NCBI RefSeq assembly: GCF_001194135.2
Contig: NC_068982.1
Location: 144,655,632-144,719,631 of the forward strand
Length of the DNA: 64,000 bases
Reading direction: 5' to 3'
DNA from: Octopus bimaculoides
Lineage: Eukaryota
Program-made: the position numbers and the translations under genes
Notes under the pieces: generated by a model
Told to the model about the DNA's origin: nothing
The model's input: only the letters and a program-made list of their open reading frames with translations
The model's database searches: none
Shown here: piece after piece, positions 11,739 through 23,220 of the stretch
Numbering within the stretch: position 1 is the first letter of the stretch
How the letters are laid out: the number at the start of each line of letters is the position of its first letter

Positions 11739-11924
11739 AATTTTCAGTAAATGACCATCTATTGTTCCAAGAAGATAAACTGGGCGGTGCTCCCAGGTAT
11801 AGAGTTGTATTGCAGTTATGTAAGTGGATAGATTGAATGAAGCTGTCACTGCTATCGGCTTTCTTTTAGAAATGTACACGTTGTTAGCAATACCACATGT
11901 TTCCTCTGTGATACCATCGTGGAC
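11739..11924 (-). CDS. Receptor coding exon 2 (Sema): VHDGITEETCGIANNVYISKRKPI...VYLLGTIDGHLLKI
   Basis: Acceptor ttaacAG, donor GTAAGT, 186 nt, phase 0/0. Contains the plexin-type GTxxGxLLK motif. Confidence 0.9.
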
Positions 11925-12344
11925 CTGTTAAACAGAAAGATATTGGTTTCTGAATCAAGAAAAATGATAGACAGGAAGATAATGTAAAAACATAACAGTG
12001 GTGGTGTAAATGATGATGATGATGAGGAAACTGAGTGGCACTCTGGGCAAGTGTCTTACCATTGTCCCAGGTTGAGTAAAACTTTGTGAATGGGTGTTTG
12101 CATGTGCACGAGTGTGTGTGTATACATGTATATGTATGTTCATTTATCACTGAATGTCTGTGTTTGTTTACATCTCCCTTCTACAAAAGTTGTGACATAT
12201 GAGCAGTGTTGTCGCCAATTTTCCAGTCAACAAATCATTCTCTTGCTTTGTCTTCAAAGCTATAATGGAATAAGAGATCCCTTACTAGCAAAACAGATAA
12301 AAGTTAGCTGCAGCAAGTGCATTCAACTGTAAAACATTGTCTCG

Positions 12345-12950
12345 CTGTGTGGTAAGTAACTTGCTTACCAACCACATGGTTCCGGGTTCAGTCCCACTGC
12401 ATGGCACCTTCGGCAAGTGCCTTCTACTATAGCCTTGGGCCGACCAAAGCCTTGTGAGTGGATTTGGTAGACGGAAACTGAAAGAAGCCCGTCATATATA
12501 TATATATATANNNNNNNNNNNNNNNNNNNNNNNNNNNNNNNNNNNNNNNNNNNNNNNNNNNNNNNNNNNNNNNNNNNNNNNNNNNNNNNNNNNNNNNNNN
12601 NNNNNNNNNNNNNNNNNNNNNNNNNNNNNNNNNNNNNNNNNNNNNNNNNNNNNNNNNNNNNNNNNNNNNNNNNNNNNNNNNNNNNNNNNNNNNNNNNNNN
12701 NNNNNNNNNNNNNNNNNNNNNNNNNNNNNNNNNNNNNNNNNNNNNNNNNNNNNNNNNNNNNNNNNNNNNNNNNNNNNNNNNNNNNNNNNNNNNNNNNNNN
12801 NNNNNNNNNNNNNNNNNNNNNNNNNNNNNNNNNNNNNNNNNNNNNNNNNNNNNNNNNNNNNNNNNNNNNNNNNNNNNNNNNNNNNNNNNNNNNNNNNNNN
12901 NNNNNNNNNNNNNNNNNNNNNNNNNNNNNNNNNNNNNNNNNNNNNNNNNN

Positions 12951-12990
<40 letters not shown>

Positions 12991-13210
12991 GTATGTATGT
13001 GTGTGTATATGTTTGTGTGTCTGTGTTTGTTCCCCTAACATCGCTTGACAACCAATGCTGGTGTGTTTAGGTCCCCGTAACTTAGCGGTTCGGCAAAAGT
13101 GACCGATAAAATAAGTACTAGGCATCCAAAGAATAAGTCCTGGGGTCGATTTGCTCGACTAAAGGCGGTGCTCCAGCATGGCCGCAGTCAAATGACTGAA
13201 ACAAGTAAAG
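12345..13210 (+). mobile_element. SINE family B (tRNA head, internal (TA)n/(TG)n, gap inside)
   Basis: gctgtgtggtaag..ggttccgggttcagtccc head and gactgaaacaagtaaagag tail. Other copies at 22845-23220(-), 32455-32890(-), 38045-38380(+), 40185-40563(-), 59640-59985(-). Confidence 0.85.
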
Positions 13211-13485
13211 AGTATGTAAACCGTCAAGCATGGAAAAATGGAAATAAAGCATAAATGTGAATATTTAATGTTTTAACTTCTATTATCATTTCGATCTAGA
13301 GTAAGATGCTGTGTTCATGGGTTTTGCATGTCCACTGAGACCAGTAAGGGTGGCACAGGAAACTAGCAGAGTACGTTATAAATAAACTGACAGGGGCCTA
13401 TGGGGAAACCATTGCAGCATCTTTCCCAAGCAAAATCATGGATCTTCAGATTTTGGTATGAAGGTCTATGATAATCAATGCCTGT

Positions 13486-14265
13486 AGACTTGCCATATGA
13501 AAAGTGAGCTAGATCCAGGAAGACCTGGGATGAGGTGGTGAAGCACGACCTTCGAACATTAGTCCTCACCAAGGCAATGACTTGTGACTGAGACCATAAT
13601 CCGAGGCCTCTGCCAGGGGAGTAGCCAGCCCACTTATGCGTACCTTTTCTTCATTGGACACTAAACTCTGCTTGCAAAGACCTGTTGAGGCAAGTGAAAT
13701 CGAAATCGAACCAAATTCAACGACTGGCAGCCATGCCAACCTCTCCTTCATTGGACACTAAACTCAGCTTGCAAAGACCTGTTAGGGCAAGTGAAATTGA
13801 AATTGTGATGGCACCTGTACCAGTGGAGCGCTAAGAGCACCGTCTGAGTGTGATCATTGCCAGAGCAGCTGTCTGGTTTCTGTGCCAGTGGCACGTAAAT
13901 AGCACCATTTGAGCATGATCATTACCAGCATTGCCTCACTGGCACTTATGCCGGTGGCATGTGAAAAAAACATTCGAGCGAGATCATTGCCTGTGCCGCC
14001 GGACTGGCTCCTGTGCAGGTGGCATGTAGAATACACCATTTTGAGCCTGGCCGTTGCCAGTACCACCTGACTGGCCTTCGTGCCGGTGGCACGTAAAAGC
14101 ACCCACTACACTGTCCAAGTGGTTGGCGTTAGGAAGGGCATCCAGCTGTAGAAACTGCCAGATCAGATTGGAACCTGGTGTAGCCATCTGGTTCACCAGT
14201 CCTCAGTCAAATCGTCCAACCCATGCTAGCATGGAAAGCAGACGTTAAACGATGATGATGATGAT
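13486..14265 (+). mobile_element. 5'-truncated RTE LINE: C-terminal coding remnant, repeat-rich 3'UTR, (GAT)n
   Basis: RSRKTWDEVVKHDLRTL remnant, a duplicated about 90-bp ttcattggacactaaactc unit, five GTGCC..GGCAC-type subrepeats, and the tail. Confidence 0.85.
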
Positions 14266-15329
14266 GGTATTTTGTTTGCATCCAAATAATGTTTGATGAG
14301 TTTTCTTCTTACTTTGTTTACTCATTTAAAAAGGGCTGACACAAATCCAAGAAAATGATGAAGCGATGGAGATGATGATTCTTGCACACTGTAGAAAGAA
14401 AGGGATTTGAAGCATCATCAGCAATAGTGAGTGGAGTTGACTGCTGCTTTTATAAGTGCTTGACACTGGACAATAGATATTGAAACAGAGAAACAAATGC
14501 CTAATATATGCAGATCCCTCACTTGGTATGCTGATTGGTCGTAGCTACATTGATTCCCATGGTTTAAGTATAAATATTGCATGCCGATGTTTGTTTTAAT
14601 TTCAATGTCCAAAGATAGGCTTAGGGTTGAGTAGGATATAATTTGAAGAGATTTGTTTGCTATCTTTATCAACTTCAATGACTGCATAGAGGGCTCTTTA
14701 TGCAGTCATTGTAGTGTACTTGTGTGCGAGTTGTTGACATCCAAATAAGCTTTTTTCAAATATAGTACAGGATGTTTGTGCATAGCAGATATGTGACCAG
14801 TACTTTAATGTGGGTCGCATTTCAATTTTGAAGAAGTTCTATAACTAATCAGATTTGAAAAGAAAGAATTTGGGATACACTTTCCACAAGGTTATTTACA
14901 TGAAGTCACCATTATTGCCTATGATCATTACATTTGTAATAATTTTCAAAGGTTTAGTTATATGTTGTCTAGGTATAGGGAGGATATAGCTAAAAACGGT
15001 CTCATCATATATTTAGGAATTGTGTCTTTATGTTGTTGAAGGTGACTAGCTAGTCACACCTCCCATTAAGGATGTTTACAAACTTTCTGTTCATGGAAAA
15101 GGTTCATGTCTGAATTTGAGGTGCCTAGGTTACATATAGAAGACACCTATATATGAAATGTTAAGAGTGTATAAAAGGTGCAATCACAAGCATGTGGATA
15201 GGAATAAGAGCAAATAGGTTATTACTGTATAAAAGGAGGAATGTCAGGTGTATAACTCAATGTTATGTTATACTAGAATTTATGGAACATGTGTCAGAGA
15301 GAGAACAGTCAATGGCAGTAGAACGGTTT

Positions 15330-17660
15330 CAGTCAGATAGATGAGAAATGGAGAAGCCCACAAGAAACAGGAGGGCAACTGAAATAGTGTGTTCACTGCA
15401 AGACATAGTCAAAGGTCTTGCTGATATCAACAGCAACAACATTGCTAATTCAAAATTTCTCAGGGGGAATTGACTACTGGAGCAGGATGAAAAGAGTAAA
15501 TTTCTAACAGAACTGACTCTTCTGAAACTGCAACAAAAGGTTTCTGAGAAGGGAATGCAATTTAAGGTGATAAAGGAGGTCAATGTATATGACTATTTCT
15601 GTCACCTTTGAGACCTTTAGATAAATACTAGTAGGAGTTTATCATTAATGGATATGAATACAAGTTATTGACAAATGTTACCAATATTGAAAACTCAATC
15701 TCATTGTTCTTATCTTTGAAGAACAGTGTTTCATGGGAGCTGTTGTATGTAGGTGATCAAATTATCATGGTAGCAGGAATCTATGAATTGTAAGAAGAAT
15801 TCTAAACCTTTTAGATGAAATCTTAGTCAATGGAAACAGAAGATTAATGTAGTTTAATATAATGGTACAGTTAGTAATCCAAGCTCTAGCAGAGTCCATA
15901 ATATACTAAAAATAGCTATATTTTACAAGTACAAATCAAAAGGCTTGGTAGATACTTAAATATACGTAAACAATAAAGAGAAGGCTTATAAGATAATATC
16001 ATAATTAGATTAATATGGATTTCATATGGATGACCACTTGAACCAATGTGAACAAGCCTAATATAGAACTTCTATGTAGACGTCCAATATGCTAGAAATA
16101 GCAGCCAGTTCACTAACTAATGTAAACAACTTAGGATTTAAAATCATGATCTTCTCTGATAGCTTGTGAGTTAATGTAGATAAGTTCTGTCACTCAAGTG
16201 ACCGAATTAACGCTGAGTACTGAGTGGAGTAAGTGCTATGCTCTTCTCTATTTTAGTGAAGAATGCTTTTCTTTTTAGAGAATAGTTATTGATACAGGCG
16301 ACAAAAAGATTCTGTTGCTTGTACTATATGACATCTTAGATAGAAATGTGGTGCTGAAGACTATTGAAACATTTGAAGTAAAACCAGATAAGTTATATTA
16401 ACTGGGCACCAAGTTCTACTCTATATGATAAAAGAGCTTAGAAGTCCAGTCCAAAGTCAAGAAATTTCAACAGTTGGAATAGGGATTAAAAAAAAAAAAA
16501 AAAAGAGGGCAGTAATTCAAATATACTAATGTGTACTTAAATACTAAGCTATTAAAGTGTATTCAAAATTTAGAAAAGTAAGTTTTTCTCAAAAGATTTA
16601 GGCCCTTTGCCACACTAATATTAGTCGCATGGTCTGAAAATTTAGATATATTGAAAAGGTTGGAATTATTACAGTTATTCTTGATACTGATTAATATCTT
16701 TTTAGTCCAGTTTTGTAGGAGAAAGCGGACATAAAGGAAGTCTAATGACCACCAGAATGACTTTCATAAAGCTAGATCTACTAAGAGACCTACAATATTA
16801 TGTCACTCACCAGTGGGCTTTCAGTTTAGTAAAATTTTGTTGAAGCCATGCTATTGCTCTTGACATCAGTAAAACCTTCAGATATGTTAAACATACAAAT
16901 CTGTCAAAACTGCCTGCTGAGGACTCCACCCATCTCTCATTTTTTATATTAGTAACTTACTGCCAGATCATGCTGCTGTGGCCTGCACTGATGGAGTTAT
17001 CTCTGGCCCACACTCTATGAACTCTGGTGTGTGGCCCTGGGTTCAGTTCTGTCCTCTACACTCTTATGTACCTACATGTTGTCACCTCCAGCAATGCTGA
17101 TATTTATGCAGTTTTCATTACTTCCTAACATTCCCCACCCAAGTGTTATCCACATGTAACCAAGACACTTCATGCCAAATCTGTAGTGACTCCATGAACA
17201 AAAACCTCAAAAATATCTACTAACAGGTCAGGGAGAGGCCAATTTTGTCTCCTACAACAACAAATAAATGTAAGCACTATTCACAGCAAGAAATATCATC
17301 CCATCATGCCCAATTTTAACATGAGCAGCATGTAACTGAAATCCTCATAATTGCTCCTAAGGGCTGGCTTCCTTATCACTGATGCTCTCACCTGGTGAAT
17401 ACACATCTTTAACATAGCAAAATACTACATCACAAAGGTTAGATATTCTCTTCAGAGTCAGAAAACACTTCACATCTAACAACTACTAATGCTCTACACA
17501 ACTCAAAAGAACTTACAATGTAGTACAGTTCCCATTCAGGGACACAACGGATGCCAGCCCCCACCCCTACACACACATCCTGAACCACATCTAAAGAAAG
17601 GCCACATGACTGATCGGTATAAAAATACCCACAGGCAAATTTTGTGAACATCAGAAGAAT
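15330..17660 (+). pseudogene. Highly degraded LINE (Jockey/CR1 superclade). The RT region 16740-17660 is clear; upstream ORF1/endonuclease is tentative
   Basis: Frameshifted pieces: NDHQ.dFhKARST, HAIALDISKTF, G(SVL)SSTL, FRVRKHFTS, NHI*RKAT*LIG. Confidence 0.6.
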
Positions 17661-18105
17661 TAAAAGTGGCCTTTCTTAGAATAACAAGGTGAAATACAGC
17701 TTTGCATTTAGATCATCTACCTACTGTCAAAGCTAGTTCCCAGATTATCATTAACATTGATTATATTTTATATACACAAAGCAATCAATTTTATAAGGGA
17801 AATAAAAAGAGAGTGTGAGTCATTCATACCTTTCTTTTGGTGATGTAAGGGAGGAGTTAAACAGATACAATTGAGAATCAAAATCCAATTTTACTCTTTT
17901 CTCTTCTACTAAGAGGCTTTCTGTGACATTTTTAATGTAAAGCCTTCAATTATAGGGAATTATTTTACACCAGAGTAACTGACTTGAAACAAATAATGGT
18001 AATGTTTCGTAGCAAAGTTTGGACTTATGGTTCTTTGGTACAGCACATTAATTAGTCATGTACATTTGATTCAAATGTGTATAAGCAAGAAAGAATTCGA
18101 CTTAC

Positions 18106-19056
18106 CACTTCTGAACAGTATTCATTAGTAATAATCCAAGGTGAGGTCTTTGGAAATTCATGGCTGTTTTTACTACAACTTGATATTGTTTGCTTAATTT
18201 TCCTTTTCACCTCAATCATGTCATGTTCACAGACAGCTGATCTCTTGTGTTCTTCACTCCAGTAGGCCACCAATAGCACTGGTTTCCCTTCAATGTAGGT
18301 AAAGCGAGCAGCAGTGCTATAGTGAATTTTGTAGTCACTAAGCCAACAATGAAGTTTCATTTCAATGTAATAATAATTCTCATCTTCTTCACAAACTCGT
18401 AGGAGGTATGTTGAATTATTGTTCCTTACCGAAACGTAGAAAATAAAATTGTTATATTTGAACCCATAGATGAACTCAACTGGGACATTTCTGTTAGCCT
18501 TAACATATTTCAAGTTATTCCTGAAAGAAATCTTATGATATTGATTAATTTTTTCAATTTTACGTTCAGATATTGTAAATGGATAATCGGAAATTGCACG
18601 GCCATCATAAGCCATAGCAACATACATGTAAGGAACGCTTGTCTGAGATTTTTCAAAAAATGCCACAACAGATTTTTGGTTTCCAATAAGACTTGCATTT
18701 CGGGTGTCAGAGGTGACTTTTTTCGTAGTCATATCATCCAAATTGTAAAATCTGCAAGCTCCTTTTTTTATTGTTCCACAAACAAGAAGATATTCTAAAT
18801 TTGGTTCAATTGCTAAAACAGTTACAGTGTTGTTGACAGCTGAATTTGACACAGGTTTGATATTCAAAGATTGCAATACCTTCAGCTCACGATCTAAATG
18901 ATAAATTCCATTGACACCACCAACATACACGTCATTTGTTTTGGAATTTATGGAAATTTTGGAGAGTTTTCCATATCCAGCCTTAAAGGAGGAGAGCGAA
19001 GACAATGATCCTTTTGTAAGGAAAAAACATCCCAATAGAAGTAATAAGAATTGCAT
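18106..19056 (-). CDS. Sema-PSI-IPT receptor (plexin / MET-RON superfamily), coding exon 1: signal peptide and most of the Sema domain
   Basis: 951-nt open frame (317 codons). Hydrophobic N-terminus MQFLLLLLGCFFLTKG. Plexin/MET Sema motifs VYVGGVNGIYHL, LLVCGTIKKGAC, FIYGFKYNNFIFYV, YLLRVCEED..YYYIEMKLHC, SAVC. Ends GTG|GTAAGT (phase 0). A very large first coding exon is typical of plexins and MET. Confidence 0.92.
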
Positions 19057-19207
19057 TGTTAGTGCCAGTCAGCACTGATGATCTACACTGTTCTGGATAT
19101 TACAGTTGTTAGAAGGTAACGAGCACATTGAAGAAGTCAATCCAATTCAATTCAATGAGGAGGGCCAAAACAACAGAGGTAAAACTGGAAAAAAAGAAAA
19201 AAAAAAA
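19057..19207 (-). promoter_or_regulatory. 5'UTR part of the first coding exon plus a strong splice acceptor (long T/C tract, CAG at 19187-19185)
   Basis: Minus strand reads tttttttttttcttttttccAG|TTTTACC, 128 nt upstream of the ATG. Implies an upstream non-coding exon (inference). Confidence 0.6.
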
Positions 19208-19584
19208 GATTGATCATTATCATAAACTGCAAAGTCACATATTAAGTTTTTTAATAGATATAACAACTTCCAACACAGAAATTAGTTGAAGAATCATGTG
19301 TTAAAGCAAACAATGTGGGAAGAGAGAAAAAAGATCTCAATTGTGTAAAAAAAAAAAAAAGAAAAAAACAAAGACCCTACCTTTTGGACAACATATTTAA
19401 TGGTTGAAAAAATATAATTTCTTACAGTTTGCACAAAGTATCAGGTTATCTACAAAAGGATCTTTATGAAATCAGTGAACTTACAGTTCAAATATTTAGT
19501 TCTAACATGAATTATATATATTGTATCATATGAATGGGGATGCATCCATCTACCTGTTTGGAAGCATTTATTATTTATTTACAA

Positions 19585-19740
19585 GAGGTTGCTGAAAAGT
19601 TCCTGGCTTTAAGGATATCACAAAAGGCCTGGTTTGAGGCCCAACCTTTCAAGTTCTTTTACAGGGTTTAGAAAAACTGAAGGACGCGATCCTACGACCG
19701 TGAGTCCGCTGCCCTAACCACTGGGCCATTGCACCTCCGC
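19585..19740. mobile_element. Mariner-type MITE end fused to the tRNA head of SINE family D (minus strand, 19687-19740)
   Basis: tacaagaggttgctgaaaagttcctggc resembles the mariner TIR at 29889. The head matches 57255-57310. Confidence 0.55.
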
Positions 19741-20269
19741 ATGTATACATACATACATGCATACTAGCATAAAGAATATTGGCAAAACATTCCCATCAAA
19801 ACTTCTACAAAATGCAAAACATAAAATATCTGACATAGTTGTTTGGGACAGAAAAGAAAAGTCATGTACAATCAAAGAGATTATGCACCCTGCAAGGGTG
19901 AACATCTCATCCAAAATCATTGAGAAGGAGAAAGTTTATGGATAACAGCTCATTTATTCCAGTTATAAATTCACATTTATACCAAAAGTCTTTGGTGAAA
20001 TTTGTTTTATTAGTAAATGTCTAAGAGACAAGCTGTAAAGACTAGCATTTCAAGTAATGAAACAGATTGGCTAACTTAAACTTTATAGACACAACCTGTA
20101 AGTGAAACAGTAAGAATATGTAAGAATTCACTATGTAACAATACAATTATCATTATCATTGTTGTTATCCAAATTTTAGTGATGGAAGTTTTGTTTCTTT
20201 GTTAGAAACTAGCTCTCCACTTCTAGGAAGAATACACACTCACACACAAACATGCTTACAAAATGTACG

Positions 20270-20560
20270 GCTATATAGTTAAGTTTGTCTCCGTAACCAC
20301 TTGATTCTGGGTTCAATCACATTGTGTGAAACTCTGGGTAGGTATCTTCTACAATAATGCCAGGAAGCCCAGTATCTAGTGAGTGAATTTATTAGATGAA
20401 AACACAATAGAAGCCCATTGTATGTCTATAAATAAATGTATATGTACATACATGCCTGTGTTTGTCTCTAATCCTTAAGTAACTGGTGTCAAATTGTTTA
20501 TGATCCTGTAACTTAGCAGTTTGGCAAAAAGAGACCATTAGAATATGTAACATACTTAAA
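20270..20560 (+). mobile_element. Degenerate SINE family B copy
   Basis: ctgggttcaatcacattgtgtg..ggtatcttctacaata..aacttagcagtttggcaaaaagagacc. Confidence 0.6.
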
Positions 20561-20824
20561 AAATGAGTATGTTCATTGATTAATAAAACAATTAAAGATG
20601 GTGCCCTGTCATGGACACAAACGTGTGCGTGCATGCACACACACACATACATGCTATTAGCTTCTTTTAGTTTCCAACTTCCAAATCCATACACAAGGCT
20701 TTGGTTGGTTCGGGGCTGTAGTAAAAAATGCCCAAGATGCTTTACAGTTGAGACTGAACCTGGAATCATGTGGCTGGAAAACAAACTTCTTACCATGGAG
20801 CCACCCCTGCCCCTAAGAGTTTGG

Positions 20825-21352
20825 ACACAAAACTCTGCTTGCAAGGACCCCTAACAGGTCCTTGCAATCGAAATTGAACAAAATTTGATGACTGACACCC
20901 GTGCCAGTGGAGTGCTAACAGCACCATCCGAGTGAGATCACTGCCAGAGAAGCTGTCTGGCTTTCATGCCGGTGGCATAATAAAAGCACCATTTGAGTGT
21001 GATCGTTACCAGCGTCGCCTTCTAGCACTTGTGCTGGTGGCACGTGAACAAAACATTCGAGCGAGGTCGTTACCAGTACTGCTGAACTGCCCCCTGTGCA
21101 GGTGGCACATAAAAAACACCATTTGAGTGTGGCCATTGTCAGTACTGCCAGACTGGCCCTCATGCCAGTGGCATGTAAAAGCACCTACTACACTCTTGGA
21201 GTGGTTAGCATTAGGAAGGGCATCCAGCTGTAGAAACTCTACCAGATCAGATTTGAGCCTGGTGTTGCCATCCGGTTTCACCAGTCCTCAGTCAAATCAT
21301 CCAACCCATGCTAGCATGGAAAGCGGACGTTAAACGATGATGATGATGATGA

Positions 21353-21355
<3 letters not shown>
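20825..21355 (+). mobile_element. RTE-LINE 3'UTR repeat array with (GAT)n tail
   Basis: Same subrepeat and tail structure as 13640-14265. Confidence 0.8.
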
Positions 21356-21388
<33 letters not shown>

Positions 21389-22844
21389 GTGTATATATAT
21401 CTATGTATTTGTATTTTTGCATTTGTATCTTGTTTGTCCCCTCCACACCACCTGACAACCAGTGTTGGTTTGTTTATGTCCTTGTAGCTTAGCAGTTTGG
21501 CAAAAGAGACTTTAAAAAAATAAGTACTGGTGTTGTTCTGATTGTCTAAACCCTTTGAGGAGATGCCCCAGCATGGCCACAGTCCAAAGACTGTAACAAA
21601 TAGAAAGGTAATACACACACAGACATATATATACATACATACACATGCATACATACACACATACATACATACATATGCATACACACACATACATATAGAC
21701 ACAAATATTCATGCACACAACTTAGAAATACTTAGATTCAGATAAAACAACAACAAGCCAAGTTCAAGTTCAGGCATGAAACCTGATGTTATTTGTGAAA
21801 CACCCCGAAAGTAGTTGAAAAACAGAAGCTTTTGACCTTTCTGTACATAAGGTCTTGCGGGGTCAACTGCCTAAGATTAAGAATAATTCATGATAATAAT
21901 GACAATAATAGCAACAATGTGATGACGAGAAAGATGATTACGTTGACAATAACAACAACCACAACAACAACAACAACAACAGAAACTTTCACTAGGGGGT
22001 GGGTTATAAAGAAAGCAAGGACAGAATGTGGAAAAACACATAAATATATTTACAAATCACAAAGGGAACAGGGAAAGATTTTATCCAGTACATGCAAGAT
22101 GTAGAAAGAATTTTAAACGTAAACAAACACATGTGCACACATTTATACATGTACACACAAACACAAAATTATGTACATAGACATATTTACATACATGAAT
22201 ACACACATAAATATGTATGCATACACGCATACTTGTATGGATATAATAAGAAGTACAGTTACACACACGATGATTAAAATAAGATGTAATTGAAGGAAAT
22301 AGGAAACGAAAAATTTTCCAGCTAGGTGGAGTTAAGGCACTGAGTGACCTCGTTCACTTAATCACTTCTTAAATTGTATTTGTATGCAAATGAATGCACC
22401 AGCAAACATCATTTAAGAGGTTTAGTATTTTCATTATAATTTTACTAGTAATCTATCTATTGCATGATGTTTATATTTTGAATGTGATTGTTTTGGTGTC
22501 ATTCTAACTTTTTAAAAATACTCTCCGGTACCACAGATGTGTTAATAAACTGTTGGTTTTCAAAGCAGGGTGAATCTGTTCAGCTTTATTGTCTTCATTT
22601 TCTTATCTTTCATTGTTGTTTGGAACAAAATGTTTCCCTTTACCTGTTTTTGCTGTTTTATATTAAGTCTTCATTTTCTGTGATTTGTTTCTCTTTTCTC
22701 TCTTCCTACTTTTACAGAGAATTTGGATATTTTTGTCTGTATTAGTACCTATTGCAAGAAACAGCAAGGTTTCTTTCTCCAACATTTCATATAGTTCAAC
22801 TTACACAAGTTAATATGTGAAAAGTAACTCTTTTACTCTTTTAC

Positions 22845-23220
22845 TTGTTTCAGTCTTTTGACTGTGGCCATGCTGGAGCATCGCCTTTAGTCGAGCAAAT
22901 CGACCCCAGGACTTATTCTATCAGTCTCTTTTGCCGAACCGCTAAGTTATGGGGACATAAACACACCAGCATCAGTTGTCAAGCGATGTTGGGGGGACAA
23001 ACACAGACATACAAACACATACACATATATATATATATACATATATATATACATATATACGACAGGCTTCTTTCAGTTTCCGTCTACCAAATCCACTCAC
23101 AAGGCTTTGGTTGGCCTGAGGCTATAGTAGAAGACACTTGCCCAAGATGCCACGCAGTGGGACTGAACCCGGAACCATGTGGTTAGTAAGCAAGCTACTT
23201 ACCACATAGCCACTCCTACG
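22845..23220 (-). mobile_element. SINE family B, near full length
   Basis: Reverse complement of 12345-13210; tail ctcttttactcttttacttgtttcagtc. Confidence 0.85.

Noticed and set aside
13820-14110. CRISPR-like array of palindromic direct repeats
   Set aside because: The spacers are homologous to each other, the array is the 3'UTR of an RTE LINE present in many copies, the DNA is eukaryotic, and there are no cas genes.
766-19056. Assigning a gene symbol (PLXN or MET)
   Set aside because: The diagnostic cytoplasmic domain is outside the window and the ectodomain features are mixed.
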